From Dehalococcoidia bacterium (GTDB taxonomy: Bacteria; Chloroflexota; Dehalococcoidia; Lucifugimonadales; GCA-2712585), in the NCBI GenBank assembly GCA_965238215.1, contig OZ250180.1:1765524-1829523 (forward strand): a stretch of DNA of 64,000 bases, read 5' to 3'. The position numbers were made by a program, and so were the translations under genes. Positions 29,190 through 38,085 of this stretch are shown piece by piece (position 1 is the stretch's first letter; every line of letters begins with the position of its first letter). The notes under the pieces were generated by a model. It was given only the letters and a program-made list of their open reading frames with translations, ran no database searches and was not told the DNA's origin.

Positions 29190-29936
29190 TTACTTTGCCT
29201 TAACGGGCAGCTGGCTGGAGGGACAGCCAAAGGCAAGAACGCACTCGTCGCATCGGGGCCGGGGGGCCTTGCAGACTCGTCGTCCGTGGATAATCAACGC
29301 TGTGTGGAAAGCGTAGACCTGATCGGGCTCCACCATGACTTCCAGCAGGTCGTGGGCGGCGTCGGCGCTGACCTTCGGGCCGATGAGCCCCAGCCGCTTC
29401 GACACCCGGTGCACGTGGGTATCCACCGCCATGGCCGGCATGCCCAGGGAGAAGCACAGGATCACTGCCGCAGACTTGGGGCCGATCCCCGGCAGCTCGC
29501 GAAGCCACGCCTTGGCGTCTGCCAGCGGCATCTCCGCCAGGAAATTGAGGTCCAAGTTGCCCCGCTTCTCCAGAATGAGGTTCAGGATCCGCTTGATGCG
29601 AGGAGCCTTGATGCGAGCCAGCCCGCCCACGCTGATGGCTTGTGAGATGCGCTCCACGCTTCCCTCGGCCACGGCCTCGAGAGCGCCGAACTCCTCCATG
29701 AGACGACCAAAGGCCCTTCCAGAATTGATGTCGGAAGTGTGCTGCGAAAGGATAGTGAAGACGAGCTCTTCGGCAGGTTCGATGCGTCTGGCGTGCTCGA
29801 AGGGGCCGTAGGAGGGTCCCAGCAGCCCGATTATCTCCTGGGCGCTCAGGCTCTTTGGGGCCGGCTTCCTCCGACGTCGTTTGGTCGCAGGTTTCCGTGC
29901 CTTTGTCTTGGGCTTGGTATTGCTATTCCGTACCAC
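29190..29936 (-). CDS. nth: endonuclease III with Lys/Arg-rich N-terminal tail
   Basis: HhH-GPD (LPGIGPKSA, VDTHVHRV) and a C-x6-C-x2-C-x5-C [4Fe-4S] loop. N-terminus KPKTKARKPATKRRRRKPAPK. Confidence 0.9.
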   Translation of the reverse strand: MVRNSNTKPKTKARKPATKRRRRKPAPKSLSAQEIIGLLGPSYGPFEHARRIEPAEELVFTILSQHTSDINSGRAFGRLMEEFGALEAVAEGSVERISQAISVGGLARIKAPRIKRILNLILEKRGNLDLNFLAEMPLADAKAWLRELPGIGPKSAAVILCFSLGMPAMAVDTHVHRVSKRLGLIGPKVSADAAHDLLEVMVEPDQVYAFHTALIIHGRRVCKAPRPRCDECVLAFGCPSSQLPVKAK

Positions 29937-29994
29937 GATGGCCGGATTCTAGCACCCCCCGCAGAAGCGCTCAAGAGGGGTTGGGAGTTATGGG

Positions 29995-30426
29995 TTAAGC
30001 TACTGCGGGGTGCAGTTCCTGGATGCACTCAGTAATCATATCAGCGACGAGCATGGCCTCCGGCGAATCCCCCGGAGGCAAGCCGCCAATTAAGCTGTGT
30101 GAAAGGTCAGCCTCATGGGGAGGTCTGACCGCCTTGGGGTCGTGAACAAAGCTCAAGTATCTCGCCGCGACTAAAATGTGATTTCTCGTGTCGCCCACGT
30201 TCAGTTGAGCAAACCTCCCATTGGGCCTTATTGTCAATTGAATTAGACGCCTTACTTCGCCGAGTTGTTCCTTCTTGGTTTTTCCTTGGAAGTACTCCAG
30301 CCAATTGACAGAGACACCGTCTTAATCCCTCACGAACTCGGAGGCATTGACGATACCCTTTTGAACATTGCTGGGCTTCACGTAGCGGACTACGTGGTCG
30401 GAGTCTGGAAGTTCGTCTCCGGTCAC
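29995..30426 (-). pseudogene. hypothetical protein interrupted by in-frame TAA (second gene of a 2-gene islet)
   Basis: GTG 30426 overlaps the upstream stop (GTGA). VTGDELPDSDHVVRYVKPSNVQKGIVNASEFVRD, TAA (30324-30322), DGVSVNWLEYFQGKTKKEQ...RPNGRFAQLNVGDTRNH... all lie in one frame. Confidence 0.55.
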
Positions 30427-30920
30427 ACGCCCACCAGAGCATCGAGGTCAAATGCACGAATCTGTCGCTTTACACCTTCAAGGGTGTCGTGGCCAGCAAT
30501 CCTAGAAACGAAATCGTTGGCTGCTCTGCGTTTGAATATCACACATTCTACTTGCTGCTTGCCGAAGAACTGAATTCCAACGTGTCCCCCGTTGTCATCC
30601 TTCCACACGGCTCGATAATTGCCGCTGTCCGTTAGGAATACAGCCGCTTCATTCGTCATGGACGTTGAATATACAAAGTAGTAGAAATCTTGCTCCGACG
30701 CCGGATTAACCTCAGTATCGTCTTCAAGGGCGTATCCCTTGAGTTCCTTGATCCGGAGAGAATAAGCCTGTCGCACACCCTCAGAGGTCTTGCTCGGCGG
30801 GTCTTGCTTAGGCGCTAGTTTCCCTATCATGTCGATTTCCCCAAATCCGGCGTCTTTTGCAGTTCTCTTCAGCATACCACGATGATTGCCCGATTCCACT
30901 ACCTTTTGTGGAACGTCCAA
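30423..30920 (-). CDS. hypothetical protein (first gene of the 2-gene islet)
   Basis: 165-aa ORF, lower GC, coding-like. No family recognised. Confidence 0.5.
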   Translation of the reverse strand: MDVPQKVVESGNHRGMLKRTAKDAGFGEIDMIGKLAPKQDPPSKTSEGVRQAYSLRIKELKGYALEDDTEVNPASEQDFYYFVYSTSMTNEAAVFLTDSGNYRAVWKDDNGGHVGIQFFGKQQVECVIFKRRAANDFVSRIAGHDTLEGVKRQIRAFDLDALVGV

Positions 30921-31001
30921 CGCCCCACATAAGCATATATACCGAAAGAGTCGCGCGCAAAGCCTGTGACACGTCCGTGTGCCCCCACCAACCCCCGCTT
31001 G

Positions 31002-31010
31002 TGGTATATT
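31002..31010 (+). promoter_or_regulatory. candidate extended -10 (TGgTATATT) upstream of tldD
   Basis: TG at 31002-31003 and TATATT at 31005-31010, 40 nt before ATG 31051. The -35 is weak. Confidence 0.3.
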
Positions 31011-31050
31011 TTCAGTCTACCTTCTACCCTTGTAGGAACGGACTGCCGTT

Positions 31051-32421
31051 ATGAACGATGCTTTGCATGACCTCGTTGCCGACGCTCTCAAGGGGCACGA
31101 CGCCCAATACATAGAGCTGCGCGTCGACCAGAACCAGTCGTCGCACCTCCGCTACCGCGGGCGGGAGTTGGAGGAAGTCAACCGTACCACCACCGGCGGC
31201 GGATGCGTCCGCGCCCTAGCTGGTGGCGGTTGGGGCTTCGTTTCTTTCAACAGCCTCGACGGACTGCGGGACAAGGTCCGCTCCGCCGTCGCCAACGCCC
31301 GTCTGGTGGGCGGCGAACCCGTCACGCTTGCTCCGGTGGAACCTGTCGTCGATTGCATCAGCCCCACCGTTAAGAAAGACCCTTCCCTGATATCCCTTCA
31401 CGACAAGAAATCCCTGCTTGACCAGTACGTGGAGGAAATCTGGCGCGCCCCGGGCATCTCCACCTCCACCGTGGGCTACGGCGATGCCAAGCGCCGTCGC
31501 GTCTTCGCTACCTCCGAGGGTTCCTACGTCGACCAAACTGTTCTCGACGTGGTGATGCGTCTCAACGCCGTGGCGCGGGACGGCGCGGATGTCCAGCAGT
31601 CCGGCGTCAGCCTGGGCAGCGCCGGCGATTTTTCCGAGATAGAGGGCCTTCATGACGAAGCCGCTCAGGTGGGCCGCCGCGCCGTGGAACTACTAAAGGC
31701 CCCCCAGGTCAAAGGCGGCGAGTACACCGTTGTGCTGGAGCCGGTTCTGGCCGGAGTGTTCATCCACGAAGCCTTTGGACACCTCTCCGAGGCCGACCAC
31801 GTCTACGAGGACGATCGGATGAAGGAGATCATGGTCCTGGGCAAGCGTTTCGGCGGGCAACACCTCAATGTCGTCGACGGCGCCGCCGTGCCCGATCTTA
31901 GAGGCAGCTACGGCTACGACGACGAGGGCGTTCCTTCCACACGCAGCTATCTGCTCAAGGAGGGCGTCCTGGTGGGCCGCCTCCACTCCCGCGAGACGGC
32001 AGCCAAGATGGGCGAAGCTCTCACGGGCAACGCCCGGGCCATCGGCCCCCAGTTCCCGCCCATCGTCCGTATGACCAACACCTTCATCGAGGGTGGCGAC
32101 GCCTCCCCCGAAGAGATAATCGGCGATGTGAAAGACGGCTTGTATGTGGGCAACTGGTACGGCGGCATGACCAGCATGGAGCAGTTCACCTTCTCCGCCG
32201 GCGAGGCCTGGGTCATCCGAAACGGAAAGGTAGAGGAGCTTTGCCGCCCGGTGCTCCTCACTGGCAACCTCTTCACTACCCTGGAGAGCCTGGACGCCGT
32301 CGCCAACGACTTGAGCATGAACCAGGGCGGCGGCTGCGGCAAGGGCGGCCAATCTCCCCTGCCCGTGTCCAACGGCAGCCCCCACATCCGTATTCAGAGG
32401 TGTCTAATTGGCGGAAGTTGA
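31051..32421 (+). CDS. tldD: TldD metalloprotease
   Basis: HEAFGH zinc motif, 456 aa, followed by the pmbA paralogue. Confidence 0.9.
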   Translation: MNDALHDLVADALKGHDAQYIELRVDQNQSSHLRYRGRELEEVNRTTTGGGCVRALAGGGWGFVSFNSLDGLRDKVRSAVANARLVGGEPVTLAPVEPVVDCISPTVKKDPSLISLHDKKSLLDQYVEEIWRAPGISTSTVGYGDAKRRRVFATSEGSYVDQTVLDVVMRLNAVARDGADVQQSGVSLGSAGDFSEIEGLHDEAAQVGRRAVELLKAPQVKGGEYTVVLEPVLAGVFIHEAFGHLSEADHVYEDDRMKEIMVLGKRFGGQHLNVVDGAAVPDLRGSYGYDDEGVPSTRSYLLKEGVLVGRLHSRETAAKMGEALTGNARAIGPQFPPIVRMTNTFIEGGDASPEEIIGDVKDGLYVGNWYGGMTSMEQFTFSAGEAWVIRNGKVEELCRPVLLTGNLFTTLESLDAVANDLSMNQGGGCGKGGQSPLPVSNGSPHIRIQRCLIGGS

Positions 32422-33733
32422 CCGTATGCTTCAACAGGTGCTGGAGCAGGCCAAGGCCGTATCCGAGCAGGCGGAGGTCTTTCACCTTTCCGGCTGGAGC
32501 CGCCCTGTGGTCTTTGAGGCCAACCGGCTCAAGTCGCTGGTAGGCCGGGACTCCTCCGGCATGGCCCTGCGCCTCATCAAGGACGGGCGTGTGGGCTTCT
32601 CCTCCACCACCCACTGGGACGGCGCAGATACTCTGGTGGACAACGCCCTGGAGACGGCCCCCTTCGGTCCCGAGGCCGCCATGGACTTCCCCGGCCCCGG
32701 CAACTTCACCCCGGTGTCTCTCTACGACCCCGCCGTGGAGTCGCAATCCCTGGAAGACATGATTCAGCTGGGCCAGCGCCTCATCGACGGCATCCGCGCC
32801 GTGGAGCCGGAGCTTCTGTGCGACGCCAGCGTTTCCCGCAGCGTCTCCACCCTGCGGCTGCTGAACTCCAACGGCGCGGCAGCCGAATACACCAGGAGCG
32901 GCTTCTCCGCCCACGTCGGCGGCGCCCTCATCAAGGGCACGGACATGCTCTTTCTGGGAGACGGCGACCGCTCTTGCAGTCCCATTTCCGACCCGGAGCC
33001 TCTCGTGAGCTCCGTGCTCACACAGCTGGAGCGAGGGCGCGACATCGCCTCCCCCGCCTCCGGCGAATTGTCCGTGGTGTTCACCCCCCGCGGCGTGGTC
33101 GGCGCCCTCCTCTCCCCTCTGTTGGCGGGCTTCAACGGCAAGTCCATCCTTCAGGGTTCCTCGCCCCTCGTTGGCAAGCTGGGGCAGCAGCTGTTGGACG
33201 AAAGGTTCAGCCTCTGGGACGACCCGACCCTGGCCATGATGCCCGGCAGTCGTATGTGTGATGACGAAGCCGTTCCTTCCTCCAAGATGCCCCTCATCGA
33301 AGGTGGCGTCATTCGTAATTTCCTCTATGACCTGCAGACGGCGGGACAGGCCGGGACCGAAAGTACCGGCAGCGCCCACCGCGGACTCAACTCCCTCCCT
33401 TCCCCCGGCGTCAGCGTGGGCATCGTTCCCCCTGGCGACGTGGCCTTCGACGACATGATTGCGGACATTCAGGACGGCATAGTGGTGGAGCGGCTGTTGG
33501 GCGCGGGTCAGAGCAACATTCTGGCCGGTGAGTTCAACGCCAACGTCCTGCTCGGCTACCGCATCGAAAAGGGCAAGATCACGGGTAGATTAAAGAACAC
33601 CGTCATTAACGGCAACGTGTACACCGTCCTGAAGGAGCTGCGAGGCTTGGGCAGCGATACAACCTGGTTGGGAGGTTCTTTCAAGACCCCCAGCATCTAC
33701 TGCGGCGAAGTGTCCGTGGCTACCACAAACTAG
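32408..33733 (+). CDS. pmbA: PmbA/TldE
   Basis: TldD paralogue without the HExxH motif. TTG 32408 has a GAGGTG SD; ATG 32426 is an alternative. Confidence 0.88.
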   Translation: MAEVDRMLQQVLEQAKAVSEQAEVFHLSGWSRPVVFEANRLKSLVGRDSSGMALRLIKDGRVGFSSTTHWDGADTLVDNALETAPFGPEAAMDFPGPGNFTPVSLYDPAVESQSLEDMIQLGQRLIDGIRAVEPELLCDASVSRSVSTLRLLNSNGAAAEYTRSGFSAHVGGALIKGTDMLFLGDGDRSCSPISDPEPLVSSVLTQLERGRDIASPASGELSVVFTPRGVVGALLSPLLAGFNGKSILQGSSPLVGKLGQQLLDERFSLWDDPTLAMMPGSRMCDDEAVPSSKMPLIEGGVIRNFLYDLQTAGQAGTESTGSAHRGLNSLPSPGVSVGIVPPGDVAFDDMIADIQDGIVVERLLGAGQSNILAGEFNANVLLGYRIEKGKITGRLKNTVINGNVYTVLKELRGLGSDTTWLGGSFKTPSIYCGEVSVATTN

Positions 33734-33751
33734 CGGGTTTACAAGCAAGTC

Positions 33752-34675
33752 ATGTCCCTAGAACTGTGCCTAGAGGCCATCCGGTCTCCCGAGGAAACCC
33801 CGGCCAACTCCCTTCTTTACCATCTGAGCGACCTGTCCGCTTCGGATGTGGTGGACTTCGCCTCTGCGTGGAGGAACGCTCCGCCTAACGGGAAAGTTCC
33901 TATTGTGGACAGGCTCATTAGCTTGAGTCAGGACAGGACGGAGTTGGACTTCAGCGCCGTCTTCCGTCGATGCCTCCGGGACGAAAACGAAGAAGTGCGT
34001 CGGCGGGCCATTGAAGGGTTGTGGGAAAACGAGGAACGGCGGCTCATTTCGCCCCTATGCAAGCTTCTGGCCCACGACCCTTCGCCGGCGGTTCGGGCCG
34101 CCGCGGCAGTAGGCTTGGGCAAGTTCGCCGAGCTTGCCCAGCTGGACAAACTGCTCCGGAAGGACGGCCTTCGCATCGAGGCTTCCCTGCTTGCCGTGCT
34201 GCAAAACAATACGGAGGATATGACGGTGCGCCGCCGCGCCTTGGAGTCCGTGGCCGTCTTTAATTCTCCCAAAGTGGACGCGTTCATCCGGTGGTTCTAC
34301 GACAGCGATGACCTGACATTGAAGGGCAGCGCCCTCTACGCCATGGGCCGGACCGGTGAAACTCGCTGGCTGGAATGTCTGGTGCGGGAAACCCGGAGTC
34401 CCAGCCCGACCCTGCGATTCGAGGCGGCCAACGCCTGCGGTCAGCTGGAGGAGGAGGCCGTCGTTCCCCACCTGATACCACTCATGGAGGACGAGGACCT
34501 GCAGGTGCAGCTCGCCTCCATCAGAGCCGTGGGAGCCATCGGAGGCTCATTGGCAAAGAAGGCCCTGCGTCGGTGCATCAAGGAGGGGGACGGGGCCGTG
34601 GAGGACGCGGCCCGGGAGTCGCTGGAAACGGTGGACGCCATGGTGGACGTTTACAGCTTCAACTACCTCCGGTGA
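33752..34675 (+). CDS. HEAT-repeat protein
   Basis: Repeated ...VRRRAIEGL..., DPSPAVRAAAAVGLG and SPSPTLRFEAANACG helical repeats. Confidence 0.75.
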   Translation: MSLELCLEAIRSPEETPANSLLYHLSDLSASDVVDFASAWRNAPPNGKVPIVDRLISLSQDRTELDFSAVFRRCLRDENEEVRRRAIEGLWENEERRLISPLCKLLAHDPSPAVRAAAAVGLGKFAELAQLDKLLRKDGLRIEASLLAVLQNNTEDMTVRRRALESVAVFNSPKVDAFIRWFYDSDDLTLKGSALYAMGRTGETRWLECLVRETRSPSPTLRFEAANACGQLEEEAVVPHLIPLMEDEDLQVQLASIRAVGAIGGSLAKKALRRCIKEGDGAVEDAARESLETVDAMVDVYSFNYLR

Positions 34676-34701
34676 GGGTTGGGGTTTCGGCCAACCTGGC
34701 T

Positions 34702-35142
34702 CTACCTGGTGCTATATTCGCCGATCCAGTGCAAGTTTCCAATGGTTGGGCTAGCTATTCGGTGGAACCTCCGGTCTGCGGTCCACAACTCACAGCCAAA
34801 CTCCTCCGCAAGAGCAACGTAATGCGCGTCGTAGACCGCCCCCTGGTTAAGCCTGCTCGCCAATTCTATCGCCCTTACGTGAAGATTCGGGCTATGATGA
34901 AACTGTAGCCGAGACCCAAGAAGGCGCGTTATCATGAGCGCGCCTTCACTGATGCTGAACTCGCCACGAAGTACCCGCCTATGAAGGACATTGGCCACCT
35001 CGAATGGCATTAGAAACGGTGCTATTCGGGTAACGTCTTGTGCGACCCAGGATTCCAAAAGGGCGTGGGCTTTGTCTGAGTCCTCCTCCTCGACCAGCCA
35101 CTTGACTGCCAGACTTGCATCGATAACGACAAATCCGCTCAC
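34702..35142 (-). CDS. vapC: PIN-domain toxin VapC
   Basis: VVIDASLAVKWL N-terminal Asp and later acidic residues. 4-nt overlap with the upstream antitoxin. Confidence 0.85.
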   Translation of the reverse strand: MSGFVVIDASLAVKWLVEEEDSDKAHALLESWVAQDVTRIAPFLMPFEVANVLHRRVLRGEFSISEGALMITRLLGSRLQFHHSPNLHVRAIELASRLNQGAVYDAHYVALAEEFGCELWTADRRFHRIASPTIGNLHWIGEYSTR

Positions 35143-35441
35143 GCGCGGCCCTCTATTTGGGCATCCCTAATCCGGCGGGCCTCTCTGATCAACTCTGCGG
35201 AGTCGCCTGGCAATCTCTTGCCCTTGAAAATCTTCATGCGCAGCTCTGCAAACATTTCGTGGTCCGGCTTGCGGGATAAAAGTCCGGGCCTCCCGTTGGC
35301 CTCATCCTTGGTCAACTCTTTCTCGATGACCGTCTGGCAGTATCCACGTACGCTGAGTCCCTTGAAATCGGCAACGACCTTCAGCCTTTGTTGAAGGTCG
35401 GGATCCAAGTCCAGGGTAAGCTTAATCTTTTTGTCTTGCAT
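35139..35441 (-). CDS. vapB: ribbon-helix-helix antitoxin VapB
   Basis: KIKLTLDLDPDLQQRLKVVADFKGLSVRGYCQTVIEKEL RHH pattern. Coupled to the PIN gene. Confidence 0.7.
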   Translation of the reverse strand: MQDKKIKLTLDLDPDLQQRLKVVADFKGLSVRGYCQTVIEKELTKDEANGRPGLLSRKPDHEMFAELRMKIFKGKRLPGDSAELIREARRIRDAQIEGRA

Positions 35442-35525
35442 GGCCTATGGCTCTCAAGGTAGTCAGCGGCATTTAACTCTATGGGATATGCGGAAATGCG
35501 TCAATGCGCGCTGGATGTGGAGGGG

Positions 35526-36554
35526 CTAATAGAATAAGTTCGTCAGCCCATATAGCTCCATGTCCAATTCGTGGGTCTTCCCCCGGAATTCCTGCAGACT
35601 CGTCGTCGTAATTTGCCCGCCCCGCAAGCCCACCATCACGCCGAAATTCCCTGCCTGCACCTCCTCCACCGCTGAAACTCCCAGACGCACTGCCAGCACC
35701 CTATCGAAAGCGGAAGGGCTGCCCCCACGCTGCACGTGACCCAAGACCACCTCCCGAGTCACGAAGCCCGTACGTGCCTCTATCTCTCTGGCCAGCCGGT
35801 GGCCTATCCCGCCCAGGCGGACGTGTCCGAACTCGTCCAACTGGTCGCTGCTTGTCACTTCCTCCCCCCAATCGGCGCACTTAGCTCCCTCCGACACCAC
35901 CACAATGCTGAACATCTTCCCAAACTCTTCATGCCGCCGCCTCAGCCTCTGTAACAGCCCCGTTAGTGAAAAGGGCTGCTCCGGTATCAGCACTGCGTCC
36001 GCCCCTCCTGCCAGGCCGCCAACCGTTGCCAACCAACCGGCGTGTCTACCCATTACCTCCACCACCATGATCCTATCGTGGGCTTCCGCGGTGGGATGCA
36101 GCTTGTCCAGGGAATCCTTGACCACTTCCACAGCCGTATCAAACCCGATGGAATAATCTGTGCCGTAAAGGTCGTTGTCGATGGTCTTGGGAATGCCCAC
36201 CAGATTCACGCCTTCCTCGGACAGCTGGGCCGCCACCCCTAAGGTATCCTCGCCGCCGATGGGCACTAGCGCATCCACCCCAAGCTTCTCCAGTTGACTC
36301 CGCACCGTTGCGGCTCCTCCATCCCTAGAATAGGGGTTGGTGCGAGATGTGCCCAGAATGGTGCCGCCGTGATAGAGGATGCCTGAAACGGCCGGGGCGT
36401 CCAACTGCGTCCACGAGCCCGTCATAGCCCCCAACCACCCGTTGCGGAATCCGATGACCTCTATGCCCTCCGCCACGGCCTTCCGGGTAATGGCGCGAAT
36501 AGCCGCATTCAGGCCGGGGGCGTCTCCCCCTCCCGTCAAAACTCCGATACGCAT
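35526..36554 (-). CDS. pfkA: ATP-dependent 6-phosphofructokinase
   Basis: MRIGVLTGGGDAPGLNAAIRA and PKTIDND motifs. GGGGAGG SD before ATG 36554. Confidence 0.9.
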   Translation of the reverse strand: MRIGVLTGGGDAPGLNAAIRAITRKAVAEGIEVIGFRNGWLGAMTGSWTQLDAPAVSGILYHGGTILGTSRTNPYSRDGGAATVRSQLEKLGVDALVPIGGEDTLGVAAQLSEEGVNLVGIPKTIDNDLYGTDYSIGFDTAVEVVKDSLDKLHPTAEAHDRIMVVEVMGRHAGWLATVGGLAGGADAVLIPEQPFSLTGLLQRLRRRHEEFGKMFSIVVVSEGAKCADWGEEVTSSDQLDEFGHVRLGGIGHRLAREIEARTGFVTREVVLGHVQRGGSPSAFDRVLAVRLGVSAVEEVQAGNFGVMVGLRGGQITTTSLQEFRGKTHELDMELYGLTNLFY

Positions 36555-36686
36555 GGCAAACCTCCCCAAGAGCGTTCATGTCGAGGCAACGAATCCACGC
36601 CGCAACACCCATGATGATAGATGGAACCACACTTGCAATTCTATTAGGGCGGCGGCGGGTTTAATCCATTGAACCCTGGACGTCCT

Positions 36687-37325
36687 TCAGTTGGCGGTGA
36701 CTTCCACCCTAAGGCTAAGGCCCACGGCCCTGAGGGCCTTCTGCACCAGGTTCATGTGGGAGCGGTGGTCCGGATTTGTGAGCTTGCGCACAGCGGACTC
36801 GCTAACGCCCAGCCTCTGGGCCAACCCAACCTTGGTTATGCGCTGTTTCTTCATGGCCGAGTAGAGGGCGAGTTTGGCGGCGATGACCGGCGGCACCGGA
36901 ACCGATACCTGACCGTCTGTCGCGGTACCGGGAGTCGGGATGTCCCACTTCTCGTGGACGTATCCGGCAAGGGCTACGGCGAGGGCATCCTCCGCCAGCG
37001 CCAGCGCCTCATCGCGGTCACTACCGCCAGTGATTGCCTCGGGCACGTCAGGGAAAGTGGCGACAACCCCTCCGTCTTCGTTGGGGGTCAACTGGCATGG
37101 ATAGGCGTAAATCATGGTCCGGAACTCCCTCCGGTCGATGTTCAACTGACGCAGCATGGCGGCCAACATGCCCTTCCCCAGTTCGCCGCGCTTCACTGTG
37201 GTGAACCGGCTGCCTAGGTAGACCCTGCCATGATTGCCCTTGCCATGTGCTGGGTCAAAGCGGAATGCTTGTCCTGTCCTGCGGGCGTAGCCTCGTGCGC
37301 GTCTTATGAACTCGCGGCTGGTCAT
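36687..37325 (-). CDS. HicA toxin - HicB antitoxin encoded as one continuous ORF
   Basis: Residues 1-70 are HicA-like (GKGNHGRVYLGSRFTTVKRGELGKGMLAAMLRQLNI). Residues 71-212 are HicB-like (MIYAYPCQLTPNEDGGVVATFPDVPEAITGGSDRDEAL...) plus a C-terminal XRE-type HTH. There is no stop between them. An internal GGAGGGAG SD precedes ATG 37115. Confidence 0.8.
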   Translation of the reverse strand: MTSREFIRRARGYARRTGQAFRFDPAHGKGNHGRVYLGSRFTTVKRGELGKGMLAAMLRQLNIDRREFRTMIYAYPCQLTPNEDGGVVATFPDVPEAITGGSDRDEALALAEDALAVALAGYVHEKWDIPTPGTATDGQVSVPVPPVIAAKLALYSAMKKQRITKVGLAQRLGVSESAVRKLTNPDHRSHMNLVQKALRAVGLSLRVEVTAN

Positions 37326-37334
37326 GGGGTATCA

Positions 37335-37352
37335 TCGCACCTTATAGTGCGA
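37335..37352. promoter_or_regulatory. inverted repeat TCGCAC-n6-GTGCGA around a TATAAG box, 10 nt upstream of the hicAB start
   Basis: Read directly. It is a possible HicB-HTH operator overlapping a -10-like hexamer, which would give a near-leaderless mRNA. Confidence 0.3.
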
Positions 37353-37416
37353 ACGGCAAATTGAGAGATGAGCAATGCTCGTGTAATATCGGGGTTCCCT
37401 GTTGTCAATGCCATTG

Positions 37417-37445
37417 TTGACCCACGGCATCCCCCTTGGTAGTAT
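37417..37445 (+). promoter_or_regulatory. candidate sigma70-type promoter of the comDE-like operon
   Basis: TTGACC (37417-37422), 17-nt spacer, TAGTAT (37440-37445), about 55 nt upstream of ATG 37499. Confidence 0.45.
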
Positions 37446-37498
37446 GAGCAAACATCGTTCCAGCTATAATGAACACCACCACTGCAGGAGAGAAAATC

Positions 37499-38005
37499 AT
37501 GGAGCAGGCCGAAACTGTCCTTCACCCCCAGGCTATAATCTCGGAACTCAAGAAGAACGGCATCACCCACGTTGTGTGGCTTCCCGACAGCGAGACCAAC
37601 TTCATGTACGATCAGTTGTTGGCGGAACCCTCCCTGAAGTTGGTTCCCGTTTCCAGGGAGGGAGAGACCATGGCCATCGCCGCCGGCCTCTGGGTAGGCG
37701 GCAAGAAGCCCGTGGCCCTCATTCAAAACACGGGCATCTTCGAATCGGGCGACTCCATCCGCGGCTTGGGTCTCGACGTGGACCAGCCCCTGGTAATGCT
37801 GGTGGGTTATCGAGGCTGGGACCGGCACGGCATCAGCCGCGACTCCGCCGCCAAGTACACGGAGCACATCATCCACGCTTGGGGCATCAACTACTACCTG
37901 GTGGAGACGGACGATGATGCCGACCGCATCTCCCTGGCCATGAACGAGGCCGAGCGGGACACCAAGCCCGTGGCTGTACTGGTCGGCACTGAATTCGGCG
38001 CTTAG
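37499..38005 (+). CDS. comD: sulfopyruvate/phosphonopyruvate decarboxylase alpha subunit-like (TPP enzyme, PYR domain)
   Basis: ITHVVWLPDSE...VSREGETMAIAAGLW...ALIQNTG pattern. GCAGGAGAG SD. Confidence 0.75.
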   Translation: MEQAETVLHPQAIISELKKNGITHVVWLPDSETNFMYDQLLAEPSLKLVPVSREGETMAIAAGLWVGGKKPVALIQNTGIFESGDSIRGLGLDVDQPLVMLVGYRGWDRHGISRDSAAKYTEHIIHAWGINYYLVETDDDADRISLAMNEAERDTKPVAVLVGTEFGA

Positions 38006-38085
38006 GAATTTTTCGGGCCTGAATTATCACCCTCTTTGGGAGAAAACGCAGGTTTGGGAAGTATTCGGCCCGTAGGAGAAAAAGA

